The translations under genes and the position numbers were made by a program. This document shows, piece after piece, positions 36,690-46,485 of a DNA stretch of 64,000 nt. The notes beneath the pieces were generated by a model that was given only the letters and a program-made list of their open reading frames with translations, did not search any database and was not told the origin of the DNA. Source of the stretch: Defluviitaleaceae bacterium (GTDB lineage Bacteria; Bacillota; Clostridia; Lachnospirales; WRAX01); contig WRAC01000004.1 in assembly GCA_009780415.1 (NCBI GenBank), forward strand, positions 10,512-74,511, given 5' to 3'. Positions within the stretch are counted from its first letter, which is position 1. Each line of letters opens with the position of its first letter.

Positions 36690-36828
36690 AATGCGGACCC
36701 CTCTCAGCAAGCACTCCAGCATTCGAACCATTTTTTGTTACAAGGGAATTATTTGAATAACCGTACATTTAACTTAGTAATTTAAGTATACAGTTGATGA
36801 ACCTCAAACGCAAGAGGATACCTTATTT

Positions 36829-39462
36829 TTATTCAGTCCTTAAAGCCACGACGGGGTCTTTCTTCGCCGCCATTTTCGAGGGGATAAAACCCGCTATAAC
36901 TGTTAGGATTATGCTTATTACAATCAAACCGGCGGCGCCGTAAGCGGGCAGGGAGGATAATCCCGAAACGCCCGCTAAGGAACTGATAATGGCGTTAACC
37001 GGGATGTTCAGCAAAATTGTGACGCCAACGCCCAACGCTCCGGCTACAAACCCCTCAATAACGGTTTCGGCGTTGAATACCCGCGTGATATCCTTCTTTG
37101 ACGCGCCTATGCTTCGCAGGATTCCGATTTCCTTGGTGCGTTCCAGTACGGAGATATAGGTGATAATCGCGATCATAATGGACGACACCACAAGGGAGAT
37201 GGCGACGAAGGCGATTAAAACGTAGGATACAATACCTATAATTGACGAGATGGAAGAGGTCATAAGCCCGACAAAATCCGTGTAGTTAATGACATATTGT
37301 TCGCTTCCGGCAAGTTCATGGGCATTGTTATAATCCTCAATAAGCGCTTCCAACCTTGTTTTCGAATCAAAATCCCTGGGGTAAAGCCTGACGGAGCTTG
37401 GGTTGTCGAAATCCGCTATGCCCAAAACCGTTATATTGTCCTCAAATGTTGATGCGTCCGCGGCGGAGTTCGCCCTCATCCGTTCGGCAAACATAGCGAT
37501 AACCTGCTCCTCGCTCATCACCGCAAACATCATTTTAGCCTGTGTTTGCTCAGCTTCGGGCAATTCAGAGATAATTGCATTGATATCGTCAATAGTCAAA
37601 TTGTCAATGAAATCCTCTATATCAAAGGCATGGCCTGTGAAAACATTGATTTCGGGGTCGGCAAGCTGCGCTTTCGCTATATCCGTTTCAAGGACCGCGC
37701 CGATAACATATTCGGTCAGGGCGGAGGTATATCCGACAGAACCGCTGATTGAAGCGGCGGCCGCATCGCCGGACGGCTTGATAATGCCCACAACCCTCAG
37801 TTCAAGGGCATTCCCGACAGCCGATATCATAAACTCCTCATTATCACGCATATCTTCCCAACCGTTGTCCCTCCGCTCATAAAAGTCCGTATTTAGCAGA
37901 AGCTTGAACGTAAGCGAAAGCAGCTCGTCGAAGGTAAAGCTGGTTTCCGGGCTGTCCTCAATTTCCTCTCCGCGCATTACCTTTCTCATCAGTTCGTCGA
38001 TTTCACCCGAATCCATCAACCCAAGGGCATAAAGGGTCATATCGCTCAGCTCGTTATTCCGGCTTGCTACCAGCACTATTTCATTAAAGGCTTGCGGCCA
38101 GCGCCCCGCCAAAACGTCGTATTGAGAGCTAAGCAAATCTTTATTGTCCAGCATCTCCGTCCAAATCTCCATACCGCCGCCCATACCCATGTTCATGCCG
38201 CCTATGCCGCCGCCGTTCATGCCCGTATTTGCGAAAACCTCGCTGGGGTTGACCTGCGTAATGCCGCCGGACGTGTCCGCTTTGAATATTTGAAGCTCCA
38301 CATCATACCCGTATTTTATCGTGTTCGTCAGATTATGGAATTGCCCGTCCGAATCATTCTCAATGTGCCGTTTGAACGCGGCAAGGTCGTTATGTTGAAT
38401 TTGCGCGCTTACCGACTGTACCATATTTGTCGCTATTTTGTTGGCGTAAATCCTGTCGGGCTCGCGTTCGCCCGCTGCCCCGCCCCTGCTGCTGTCCATC
38501 ATTAAAGCCATCATGCCGCCCATGTCCATTGAATGGCTCAAAATCTCAATAGGATATGTAGACAGTGTATCCCGTTCTAAGTTATTCACATATCCCTGCA
38601 TACCGCTTGAAAGGGATAGGATCAGCGCTATGCCGATTATTCCGATGCTTCCGGCAAAGGCGGTGAGGATAGTCCGGGTCTTTTTCGTCAGCAGATTCTT
38701 AAAGCTTAATCCCAGAGCCGTTGTAAAGGACATGGAGATTTTCCTGCGTTTAACTTTTTCTTTTTTTACCGCCGGCCTTTCGCTTATATAAGGGTTCGAG
38801 TCGTCTACTGCCTTACCGTCCAGCAGCTTAATGATACGCGTGGAATATTTCTTCGCTATGTCAGGGTTGTGCGTAACCATGATAACCAGGCGGTCTTTAG
38901 CGATTTCCTTCAAAAGCTCCATAATCTGCAAGCTTGTTTCCGAATCCAGCGCGCCCGTCGGCTCGTCCGCCAAAAGAATCTCGGGGTTGTTCACAAGGGC
39001 CCGGGCAATGCTCACCCTTTGCATCTGCCCGCCTGACATCTGTGTGGGCTTTTTGTTTATTTGGTCGCCAAGGCTTACTTTTTCCAGCGCCTCGATTACC
39101 CGCCTGTGCCTTTCCGCGCGCGAAACCCCGGCTAAAGTCATGGCAAGCTCGACGTTGGTATAAACGGTCTGATGGGAAATCAAATTATAGCTTTGGAACA
39201 CAAAGCCGATGGAATTATTACGGTAGATGTCCCAGTCCACGTCTTTATATTCCTTCGTTGAAACGCCGTTTATAACGAGGTCGCCGCTTGTATATCTGTC
39301 AAGGCCGCCGATGATGTTAAGCATTGTGGTCTTTCCGCATCCCGACGGGCCTAGGATGGACACAAAATCACTTTTGCGAAATTCCAGGCTTACTCCCTTT
39401 AACGCTTCAATGCGCGTATCGCCCATGATGTAGGTTTTTACGATGTCATTTAATTGCAGCAT
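36829..39462 (-). CDS. fused ABC transporter ATP-binding protein/FtsX-type permease (MacB-like)
   Basis: 877 aa. Walker A GPSGCGKTT, signature MSGGQMQRVSIARAL, Walker B LLADEPTGALD. A large extracytoplasmic domain lies between TM1 and the C-terminal FtsX-like TM bundle. Confidence 0.9.
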   Translation of the reverse strand: MLQLNDIVKTYIMGDTRIEALKGVSLEFRKSDFVSILGPSGCGKTTMLNIIGGLDRYTSGDLVINGVSTKEYKDVDWDIYRNNSIGFVFQSYNLISHQTVYTNVELAMTLAGVSRAERHRRVIEALEKVSLGDQINKKPTQMSGGQMQRVSIARALVNNPEILLADEPTGALDSETSLQIMELLKEIAKDRLVIMVTHNPDIAKKYSTRIIKLLDGKAVDDSNPYISERPAVKKEKVKRRKISMSFTTALGLSFKNLLTKKTRTILTAFAGSIGIIGIALILSLSSGMQGYVNNLERDTLSTYPIEILSHSMDMGGMMALMMDSSRGGAAGEREPDRIYANKIATNMVQSVSAQIQHNDLAAFKRHIENDSDGQFHNLTNTIKYGYDVELQIFKADTSGGITQVNPSEVFANTGMNGGGIGGMNMGMGGGMEIWTEMLDNKDLLSSQYDVLAGRWPQAFNEIVLVASRNNELSDMTLYALGLMDSGEIDELMRKVMRGEEIEDSPETSFTFDELLSLTFKLLLNTDFYERRDNGWEDMRDNEEFMISAVGNALELRVVGIIKPSGDAAAASISGSVGYTSALTEYVIGAVLETDIAKAQLADPEINVFTGHAFDIEDFIDNLTIDDINAIISELPEAEQTQAKMMFAVMSEEQVIAMFAERMRANSAADASTFEDNITVLGIADFDNPSSVRLYPRDFDSKTRLEALIEDYNNAHELAGSEQYVINYTDFVGLMTSSISSIIGIVSYVLIAFVAISLVVSSIMIAIITYISVLERTKEIGILRSIGASKKDITRVFNAETVIEGFVAGALGVGVTILLNIPVNAIISSLAGVSGLSSLPAYGAAGLIVISIILTVIAGFIPSKMAAKKDPVVALRTE

Positions 39463-39476
39463 TTTACTACTCTCCT

Positions 39477-40061
39477 TTATTTATTCACTTTTTCATGAAT
39501 TTCCGAATCTGTCCCGTATTCCGGTTTTGGTTTATTTAACCGGAAAAATATAGTAACACTATTGATTCCATGCGTTATAAACATGAACGCAAGGGAATAA
39601 ACCACGACAAAAGCCGCCAACTGCCGGTGGAACAGGATCAGGAACCCGAAAGCGATTCCCAAAACGCCGAAGCCAAACAGCCAAACCCACCACGGGGAGC
39701 CTTTTTTTCTGTGTGATAACGCGTTGATTATCCGCGGTATGCTGGCGGACATAATCCAAACGGTAAAGGCGAAGGGAAGAACCAAAGATATCATATCTAT
39801 CCCGCTGCCGAATACAATCCAGGTACCCAGCAGCACCGATACGGCGCCGTTTGCCGGCATTGCATATGTCCGCTTCCCTTTTTCTTTACCGAAAAAGGAT
39901 GCCATTTCGGAAATTCCGGTAAAGATCATAGCAAGGCCGATATATACGCCAAGGGCTGAGAAGTTCTCAAACGGCGTAAAAATAAGCGTTATGCCTAAAA
40001 TAGCGACCATCGTACCGGTTAAAAGCAGCAGCCACTTAATTGCTTTAAGGATTTTTTTCAT
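39477..40061 (-). CDS. DUF308 / HdeD-like membrane protein
   Basis: 194 aa with six hydrophobic helices in the repeated DUF308-like pattern. Confidence 0.6.
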   Translation of the reverse strand: MKKILKAIKWLLLLTGTMVAILGITLIFTPFENFSALGVYIGLAMIFTGISEMASFFGKEKGKRTYAMPANGAVSVLLGTWIVFGSGIDMISLVLPFAFTVWIMSASIPRIINALSHRKKGSPWWVWLFGFGVLGIAFGFLILFHRQLAAFVVVYSLAFMFITHGINSVTIFFRLNKPKPEYGTDSEIHEKVNK

Positions 40062-40085
40062 GTAAATACACCTCTTTTTATTTTT

Positions 40086-41606
40086 TTATAGAAGCGGGGC
40101 GAATAAATTCAGGATTGCGTCAACAAGCTCACCCCAAAACGCTCTTTTCTTGCCGCCGGGCAATACCTCGCGGCTTCCGGCAAATGTTGCGGCGGCATCA
40201 TCCCTGATATCCTTTACTGAGCTTGTTTTATATAAAAGCGCCGCGCATTCAAAATGCAGGTAAAGGCTTCTGTAATCAAGGTTGATTGTCCCGACAACCG
40301 CGATTTCGTCGTCACATACAAAGCTTTTGGCATGAATGAAGCCGGCGGTGTATTCAAAAAACCTTACCCCTGCCTTTTGTAATATTTTGTAATAGGAGCG
40401 GGTTAAGCGGTGTGTGAGTATATTTTTGTCAACGCTGGGTACGGCGATTTTGATATCGACACCCCGTTTTGCCGCCATTTGCAACGCGTAAACCATTTTT
40501 TCGCCGGCAATCAGATAGGGTGTGAATATGTAGACGTAGCGCTTGGATTGGTTAAGGATATCTATATATATATTTTCTCCCAAGCGCTCATCGTTAAGGG
40601 GCGAGTCGCTGTAGGGCAATACGAGGCCGTCATTCCCGGGGGCTCCGTTCCAAGTTTTATTAAGGGCTTCGTAATCGTTTATCCGCTCATCAACTTTGCA
40701 AACCGTATTCCATGTTTCGATGAACATCAGCGTAAAACTCCAGACCGCCTCTCCGCCCAGCCTTATGGCGGTATCCTTAAAATTCTTAAAACGGCTGTCC
40801 ATATTGATACTTCTGTCAACCATGTTGATGCCGCCGGTAAAAGCGGCGCGGCCGTCAACAACCGTTATTTTCCTATGGTCACGGTGGTTCATAAACAATG
40901 AAAGCAATGGCCTTATAGGGTTAAACCTTAATACCTTAATATTTTTTGACCTAAGATATGAAAAATAACTCTTTGAAAAAAGCGCATACGATCCCAAATC
41001 GTCGAAAATAAGCCTTACATCCAAGCCTTCCTCAGCTTTTGCAATCAATATTTCGGTAATCCTATCCCACATTCTTCCTTCGTTAATTATAAAATATTGC
41101 ATATAAATAAACTCTTTGGCGTTTGAAAGTTCGGTGAGCATATCGTCAAACATCAGATCACCGTAAGGATAATACTTAGATTCCGTGTTTTCATAAGCGG
41201 GATATGATGAAACGTCCTTAACATAATTAATGAGACTCGCGATCCTTACATCGTTAACCTGCCCGTTTCCGCTGTTTTGCAAGTGTTTCGCCGTAATATC
41301 CTGCTCCTTTTTCAAGCGCCCTTTCGTTCTTTTTAACAGATGCCCGTTCCCGAACAGAAGATATAAAATCCCTCCCGATATCGGCAATGCCAGAATGACG
41401 ATAATCCAAGTCATTTTATAAACGCAGCTTTCCCTTTTCTTAACAAGCAATAAAATAATCAGGATGCTGATAACATAACTGGCGGCGGAGATAATCGGAA
41501 CAAAATTAACAAATCTGCCAAGAAAACGCGCAAAAAGAAAAATCTGTACGGCAATAAGCCCAAGGGTTATTACAGCTCTGGTGATAAGGGATTTTGAGAT
41601 TTTCAT
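40086..41606 (-). CDS. cls: cardiolipin synthase
   Basis: 506 aa. Two N-terminal TMs and two HKD motifs (HRKITVVDG, HAKSFVCDD). Confidence 0.9.
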   Translation of the reverse strand: MKISKSLITRAVITLGLIAVQIFLFARFLGRFVNFVPIISAASYVISILIILLLVKKRESCVYKMTWIIVILALPISGGILYLLFGNGHLLKRTKGRLKKEQDITAKHLQNSGNGQVNDVRIASLINYVKDVSSYPAYENTESKYYPYGDLMFDDMLTELSNAKEFIYMQYFIINEGRMWDRITEILIAKAEEGLDVRLIFDDLGSYALFSKSYFSYLRSKNIKVLRFNPIRPLLSLFMNHRDHRKITVVDGRAAFTGGINMVDRSINMDSRFKNFKDTAIRLGGEAVWSFTLMFIETWNTVCKVDERINDYEALNKTWNGAPGNDGLVLPYSDSPLNDERLGENIYIDILNQSKRYVYIFTPYLIAGEKMVYALQMAAKRGVDIKIAVPSVDKNILTHRLTRSYYKILQKAGVRFFEYTAGFIHAKSFVCDDEIAVVGTINLDYRSLYLHFECAALLYKTSSVKDIRDDAAATFAGSREVLPGGKKRAFWGELVDAILNLFAPLL

Positions 41607-42271
41607 TCCGTACCTCCCGATATATTATTTCTGCCCAGCCGTTTAAAGATGATAAAAACGGCAAGCGAGATTGACAGGCTGATTCCAAAGGGCAGTAAGA
41701 ATTCGAGTGATAAGGGATTGGCAATAGACGACCCCGCGATTACCAAAGGAATCATTGCAGGCGACAGCCCCAGCAGCGAGATACAAATATATTTGCCAAA
41801 CGGCATTTTCACCGCACCGTGAAATAAATTGGTAACTTTTTCCGGAATCGGTAAAATACGGGATATAAAACACAATGAGGACAGGTTATCCTTTTTACCA
41901 TATAAAAAATCCGCTACTTTTCCTCTTCGCTTGAGTATCTTCTCTATTTTATTCTCCCCCAGCGTTTTACCTATAAGGTACCCTATGCTTATCATTACGG
42001 TTATACCGCAGTATGATACTGCAATACCCCAAACCGCCGGGAAAACAATGCCGGCTGATACATAAAGAACCGCTATGGGAAAAAAGGGGATTATGGCTTT
42101 TAAAAAATAAAGCAGCAGAAAGACGAGCGCTGCCAGCGGAAATGAGGTTGGTACGAAATTTACAATGTCTTCGATTGACATAGAGCCGGTTTTGGAAAAT
42201 AATAAAGATACTGTAACTAAAACAATTATTGTAAAAATCCACATTTTTCTTTTTTTCAACCTTGCTGCCAT
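41603..42271 (-). CDS. TVP38/TMEM64 (DedA-related) family membrane protein
   Basis: 222 aa. Polytopic with a ..LYVSAGIVFP.. type motif. A 4-nt overlap links it to cls. Confidence 0.7.
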   Translation of the reverse strand: MAARLKKRKMWIFTIIVLVTVSLLFSKTGSMSIEDIVNFVPTSFPLAALVFLLLYFLKAIIPFFPIAVLYVSAGIVFPAVWGIAVSYCGITVMISIGYLIGKTLGENKIEKILKRRGKVADFLYGKKDNLSSLCFISRILPIPEKVTNLFHGAVKMPFGKYICISLLGLSPAMIPLVIAGSSIANPLSLEFLLPFGISLSISLAVFIIFKRLGRNNISGGTE

Positions 42272-42309
42272 ATAGCATCCCCCCTTATCTAAGAAAATGA
42301 TACACCACG

Positions 42310-42364
42310 AACTTCAACTCAACTTCAATTTTTCTTACCTTTTTGTTGAAGTTCAGTTGAAGTT
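42310..42364. promoter_or_regulatory. 19-bp-stem hairpin built from four copies of the octamer AACTTCAA/TTGAAGTT
   Basis: AACTTCAActcAACTTCAA (42310-42328), a 17-nt spacer, then TTGAAGTTcagTTGAAGTT (42346-42364). 18 of 19 positions are complementary. Confidence 0.6.
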
Positions 42365-42397
42365 TCTGCACGGCAGCCATAAAACACCCGAATCACT

Positions 42398-42432
42398 CAA
42401 AACCCCGTAAACTTAACATTTACGTGGTTTTT
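42398..42432. terminator. bidirectional terminator-like hairpin in a divergent intergenic region
   Basis: CCCCGTAAA (42403-42411) pairs with TTTACGTGG (42419-42427) with one mismatch and a 7-nt loop. CAAAA precedes it and TTTTTCTC follows. Confidence 0.5.
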
Positions 42433-42587
42433 CTCAATTTTGAAAAATGTAGGAAAACGGAGAAATATGGAGATTAATGAAGGGTACATGTATTTTTTGC
42501 GGAAATAAGATATAAAAAAATGATTGCGAAATTATTAAGATAGTGTTACAATATTAATTGAAAATGTAAAAAATGAGGTTAAACAGC

Positions 42588-43970
42588 ATGAAAAAAGCAT
42601 TCTTTAAACTTGCCATAACACTTATCATAATCCTTTTAATTCCAGTTCATGTTTTCGCGGAGGAGATTGAAGAAGAGGATTTTGAATATTCTAATGAGGA
42701 GATAACGGAAGAAATAACGGAGGAAATCGAACATTCAGTATACGCCTCTATTGTAGACAACGGCAACACGGTGTTTACAAACACCACAGCCGCCACGGTG
42801 GGCGAATTTCTGGCGGAACACCGGGTCAGGGTTCACCCGCGGGACCTTATCAGCCACTGTATGGACGAGCCGCTGACAAACGGCACGCGCATTATTATAG
42901 AACGCGGTTACGAAATCACCTTTCAAATCCGTTACGTTACCCCATGGGATATTTTCACGCGTTTTGAAACCATATATGTTTCTCCCGGGCAAAGGATCCG
43001 CCAGGTTGTGCAGTGGTATATGGACGAGACAGGCGAAGACTACGCGTATGACGAAACCATAGCCAGGCAGGAGGTTACGCCGGACATGGTAATTGTGCTG
43101 CATGAAGCCGAAACCGTACGTATCAGCACAAATGAGGAAGTCCCTTACGAAACGGAATATGTGTACGCGGGAAACCTTCCCGAGGGATACCGCCTTACCA
43201 TAACGGAGGGCGAATCCGGCACAAGGTTTGTTATTAAGGAAATCCGGTATGAGATCGGCGTCGAGGTATTCCATACGCGCATTCATGAGGAAATAACATT
43301 TTTTCCGGTGAACGAGGTTATAGCCATAGGAACGGGGCCTGCGGATCTTCCCGCGCCGGATCATCACCAGACCGGGGGTTCCGGCGACAATAACGCGCAG
43401 ACGGAATTTGCCGGTAACTTTAACTATGTAAACCATACGGATAACGGTTCGGAACGCTACGAAAGCCTGTACCAAAACGTAGTTTCCGCCCCGATTATAA
43501 TGCCCGATGACGAAACATACGTCGCCGCGGTGCCCTTGGGTAATTTTTCGGTGGCCCAGATTACTCTGCCGGAATCCGCGTCCGCTTTCTTGTCTGACGA
43601 TAGTTTCTTCTATGTAGATGGCATGGCGCATGAGTTTTCGCGCCAATTCAATATGTCGGCCACGGCATATACGGCGGATTTCGCGTCAACGGGCAAGCGC
43701 CCCGGCGACAGATACTTCGGAATCACAGCCTCCGGCCTTAAAGCCCAGGTGGGTGTGGTAGCCGTTGATCCCAATGTTATCCCGCTGTTTACAAAGCTTT
43801 ACATTGAGGGCTACGGTTTTGCCATAGCCGGCGACACAGGCGGCGGCGTAAGGGGCGAGGTTATCGACCTTTACTTCAATACATCAAGCGAGGTGCGCCA
43901 GTTCGGACGCCAAAGGCGCAACGTATATATTCTGGCTGACCAGGATTTTGAGATTGCGATAATACGATAG
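42588..43970 (+). CDS. secreted 3D-domain cell-wall protein (YabE/Rpf-like, with G5-like central region)
   Basis: The start is probably ATG 42588 (GAGG 9 nt upstream); the track ORF begins at 42573. Signal peptide present. C-terminal 3D domain ..VAVDPNVIPLFTKLYIEGYGFAIAGDTGGGVRGEVIDLYF... Confidence 0.8.
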   Translation: MKKAFFKLAITLIIILLIPVHVFAEEIEEEDFEYSNEEITEEITEEIEHSVYASIVDNGNTVFTNTTAATVGEFLAEHRVRVHPRDLISHCMDEPLTNGTRIIIERGYEITFQIRYVTPWDIFTRFETIYVSPGQRIRQVVQWYMDETGEDYAYDETIARQEVTPDMVIVLHEAETVRISTNEEVPYETEYVYAGNLPEGYRLTITEGESGTRFVIKEIRYEIGVEVFHTRIHEEITFFPVNEVIAIGTGPADLPAPDHHQTGGSGDNNAQTEFAGNFNYVNHTDNGSERYESLYQNVVSAPIIMPDDETYVAAVPLGNFSVAQITLPESASAFLSDDSFFYVDGMAHEFSRQFNMSATAYTADFASTGKRPGDRYFGITASGLKAQVGVVAVDPNVIPLFTKLYIEGYGFAIAGDTGGGVRGEVIDLYFNTSSEVRQFGRQRRNVYILADQDFEIAIIR

Positions 43971-43972
43971 AT

Positions 43973-44686
43973 TTACAGCTTTTTCAGGTACGCCACCTCA
44001 TCCGCGGATAGGTGGCGGTATTTTCCTTCCGGCAGTTCACCCAGATAAATACGCCCGGTGGCGACGCGTTTTAAGGCCAGTACCTTGCAGCCCACGGCGT
44101 CCAGCATTTTACGCACCTGACGGTTGCGGCCTTCGTGGATAGAGATTTTGAGGCTGGCGGAGCCGCCCCAGTCCTTAACGATTACGGCCTTTGCGGAGGC
44201 CGTTTTTTTACCGTCGATTACAACGCCGTCACGCAAATCAGACAAAACCTGTTCATTAACCTGGCCGCTTACCCGCGCTATGTAAACTTTAGGCACCTCA
44301 TGCTTCGGGTGGGTCAGCCTATACGTCAGATCGCCGTCGTTAGTCATCAGCAAAAGCCCCGAAGTATCATAATCCAGCCGCCCAACCGGGAACAGCCGCG
44401 CCGGTATCCCCGCCACAAGGGCCGCCACATCCGGGCGCCCAAACTGATCCTTCGCCGTTGTGATATAACCCTTGGGTTTGTGCAGCATGATATAAATCTT
44501 TTCCCCGGGCGGAACCAGAATACGCCCGCCCAGTTCAACCCTGTCAGTTCCGGGGTCGATTTTATATCCCATTTCGGTTATTACGCCGCCATTTACGCTA
44601 ATCTGTCCGGCGGCGATAAGCTCCTCGGCCTTGCGCCTGGACGCGGCCTGGCAGTCCGCGATGTATTTCTGAAGTCTTATTTGCAT
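43973..44686 (-). CDS. rluB: pseudouridine synthase, RsuA/RluB family
   Basis: 237 aa. S4 domain at the N-terminus and catalytic motif GRLDYDTSGLLLMTNDG. Confidence 0.85.
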   Translation of the reverse strand: MQIRLQKYIADCQAASRRKAEELIAAGQISVNGGVITEMGYKIDPGTDRVELGGRILVPPGEKIYIMLHKPKGYITTAKDQFGRPDVAALVAGIPARLFPVGRLDYDTSGLLLMTNDGDLTYRLTHPKHEVPKVYIARVSGQVNEQVLSDLRDGVVIDGKKTASAKAVIVKDWGGSASLKISIHEGRNRQVRKMLDAVGCKVLALKRVATGRIYLGELPEGKYRHLSADEVAYLKKL

Positions 44687-44697
44687 GGGTATCTCCT

Positions 44698-45876
44698 TTA
44701 AAATTCGGGCAATGTAATGGCTATCTCATCAACGGTGAATATTTCAAGCAAAGCCGATATCACTTTTTCCATGGATGTTTTAAGGTCGTGGCGGCTGGCG
44801 GCGCCGGCTGCTAGCACGTCTATTTCGGCAAGTTTTTCGTCATCCAAATAGATACTGCAAACACCGATTTTATCGCCGATGTTAACCGGCGCGCGTACCG
44901 AGCCCGGCAAATCCGGGAACAGCCTTATCCGCTCTTTTTCCTGCGCGGTCAAAGGGAATTTTACGGTCTCATCGTAAACAACGGATACCGCCGGGGTTTT
45001 TGAACGTTCTATGCCGACGCTCCCCGCCGTGTTTCCTTCATGCAGGATGGTTTCCACGGAATAATTATTAAAGCCGTAATTTAACAACTGTCTCGTGTCG
45101 GCCCATCTCTGCTCACGCCCGCGCCCGCCCCAGCCGCTGCCCAGCACAACGGAAATAAGCCACAGGTCGTCACGCTTTGCGGAGCCGACAAAGCAATACC
45201 CCGCCTTGCCGGTAAAACCCGTCTTTATGCCGTTTGCGCCGCTATATTCGGAAAGCAGGCGGTTTTTGTTGTGGATAAAATAGGTGCGGCGATTGCTGTT
45301 TCCCGTGTATTCCCGGGTGTTTATAAGATTGACGAACTGTTCGTTATTCATGGCATATCGCGCGATAACCGCCAAATCATAGGCCGTCGAATGATGGTCG
45401 CCGGCGTCAAGGCCGTTGGGCGTTTCAAAAACCGTATGAACCGCGCCGATAGAACGCGCCTTTTCCGTCATCATAAGGCAAAACTCCTCCACGGAGTCCG
45501 CCAGATGTTCCGCGATAGCGACGGCGGCGTCATTTGAGCTTTGCAGCATTAATGCGTATAAAAGCGTTTCCAGGGAAATTTTTTCGCCCTCGCTCAAATA
45601 CATTTTGACCTTGGGCGCCGCGGCGGCTTTACGGCTTACGGTCACGGTGTCGCTTAGATTGCCATTTTCCAGGCACAGTATTGCCGTCATGATTTTCGTT
45701 GTGCTGGCCATGGCAAGCTCGGTGTCCGAGTTCCTTTCCCACAGCACGCGGCCTGATTCAAAGTCCACCAATATCGCGCCCCGCGCTTCGACTCTAGGCG
45801 GCGCGGCCCCTGAAACGGCATCATAATCAAATAATAATATAAGTAACAGCACAACACAAGCAATTAAGGGCTTCAT
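44698..45876 (-). CDS. D-alanyl-D-alanine carboxypeptidase (S11 family)
   Basis: 392 aa. Signal peptide, SxxK (ASTTKIMTA), SxN (SSNDAA), KTG (IKTGFTG). Confidence 0.9.
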   Translation of the reverse strand: MKPLIACVVLLLILLFDYDAVSGAAPPRVEARGAILVDFESGRVLWERNSDTELAMASTTKIMTAILCLENGNLSDTVTVSRKAAAAPKVKMYLSEGEKISLETLLYALMLQSSNDAAVAIAEHLADSVEEFCLMMTEKARSIGAVHTVFETPNGLDAGDHHSTAYDLAVIARYAMNNEQFVNLINTREYTGNSNRRTYFIHNKNRLLSEYSGANGIKTGFTGKAGYCFVGSAKRDDLWLISVVLGSGWGGRGREQRWADTRQLLNYGFNNYSVETILHEGNTAGSVGIERSKTPAVSVVYDETVKFPLTAQEKERIRLFPDLPGSVRAPVNIGDKIGVCSIYLDDEKLAEIDVLAAGAASRHDLKTSMEKVISALLEIFTVDEIAITLPEF

Positions 45877-45924
45877 AGGGGCCTCCTGTTGCGTTTTGAT
45901 TATTCTGTGCTGTTTTTACTTCCT

Positions 45925-46485
45925 TTATTCCTCAGTTAATGATGAAATATCCATATTTTTTAACTCGTCCAAACTGGCTATGCCAAACCGCTTCATAAAT
46001 TCGTCGGTTGTCTCAAATAATATAGGACGGCCCGGCGCGTCCAACCGCCCGCATTCCCGCACCAAATCCAGCTCCACCAGCCTGTTTACGGCGTGGTCGG
46101 CGCTAAGTCCGCGGATTTCCTCAATCGCGGCCTTCGTAACGGGCTGCTTGTAAGCGATAATCGCCAGCGTCTCCAGCAAAACCTGGGTAAGCGTTTTCTT
46201 TTCGGGAATCCTCATCAAAGCGTTTACAGGGCCGTAAAAAGCCGGGTTTGTGCGCATCTGGCACTTGCTCCCCAACCTGATGATTTCCGCGCCCCGCTTA
46301 CCGCCGTAATCCTCAATCAAATCCTTGATATACGCGTCCGCGTCGTTTACGGTTATGCCTATAGCCCTCGCCAGCGCGGAAACCTCCACAGCCTCGCCGG
46401 AAGCAAACAACATCGCCTCAAGCGCTCCTTTTATGTACGCGCCATCGTATAATACGGCTTCACTCACTGGTTTATACCCTCGCAA
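45925..46485 (-). CDS. scpB: segregation and condensation protein B
   Basis: 186 aa. ..LEAMLFASGEAV.. and ..LETLAIIAYKQPVTKAAIEEIRG... An alternative GTG start at 46467 would give a GTGA overlap with the scpA stop. Confidence 0.9.
   Translation of the reverse strand: MRGYKPVSEAVLYDGAYIKGALEAMLFASGEAVEVSALARAIGITVNDADAYIKDLIEDYGGKRGAEIIRLGSKCQMRTNPAFYGPVNALMRIPEKKTLTQVLLETLAIIAYKQPVTKAAIEEIRGLSADHAVNRLVELDLVRECGRLDAPGRPILFETTDEFMKRFGIASLDELKNMDISSLTEE

Noticed and set aside
42380-42572. Possible c-di-AMP (ydaO-type) riboswitch upstream of the 3D-domain cell-wall gene, a common association.
   Set aside because: I could not find the conserved ydaO sequence blocks on either strand by eye. Only a generic terminator hairpin and a separate promoter are visible. 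An Infernal scan is needed to exclude it formally.
42735-43646. Long antisense ORFs in the track: 42735..43646 (-), 48313..49182 (+), 44135..44701 (+), 60240..60881 (-), 31672..32304 (-), 29935..30510 (-), 19432..20109 (-), 8622..9200 (+), 16044..16643 (+).
   Set aside because: Each lies fully inside an opposite-strand gene with clear family motifs (3D-domain protein, MltG, RluB, LepA, GGDEF, PP2C, oxidoreductase, MnmA, kinase). Their translations are Arg/Pro/Gly-rich and low in complexity, as is typical of antisense frames in GC-rich coding DNA.
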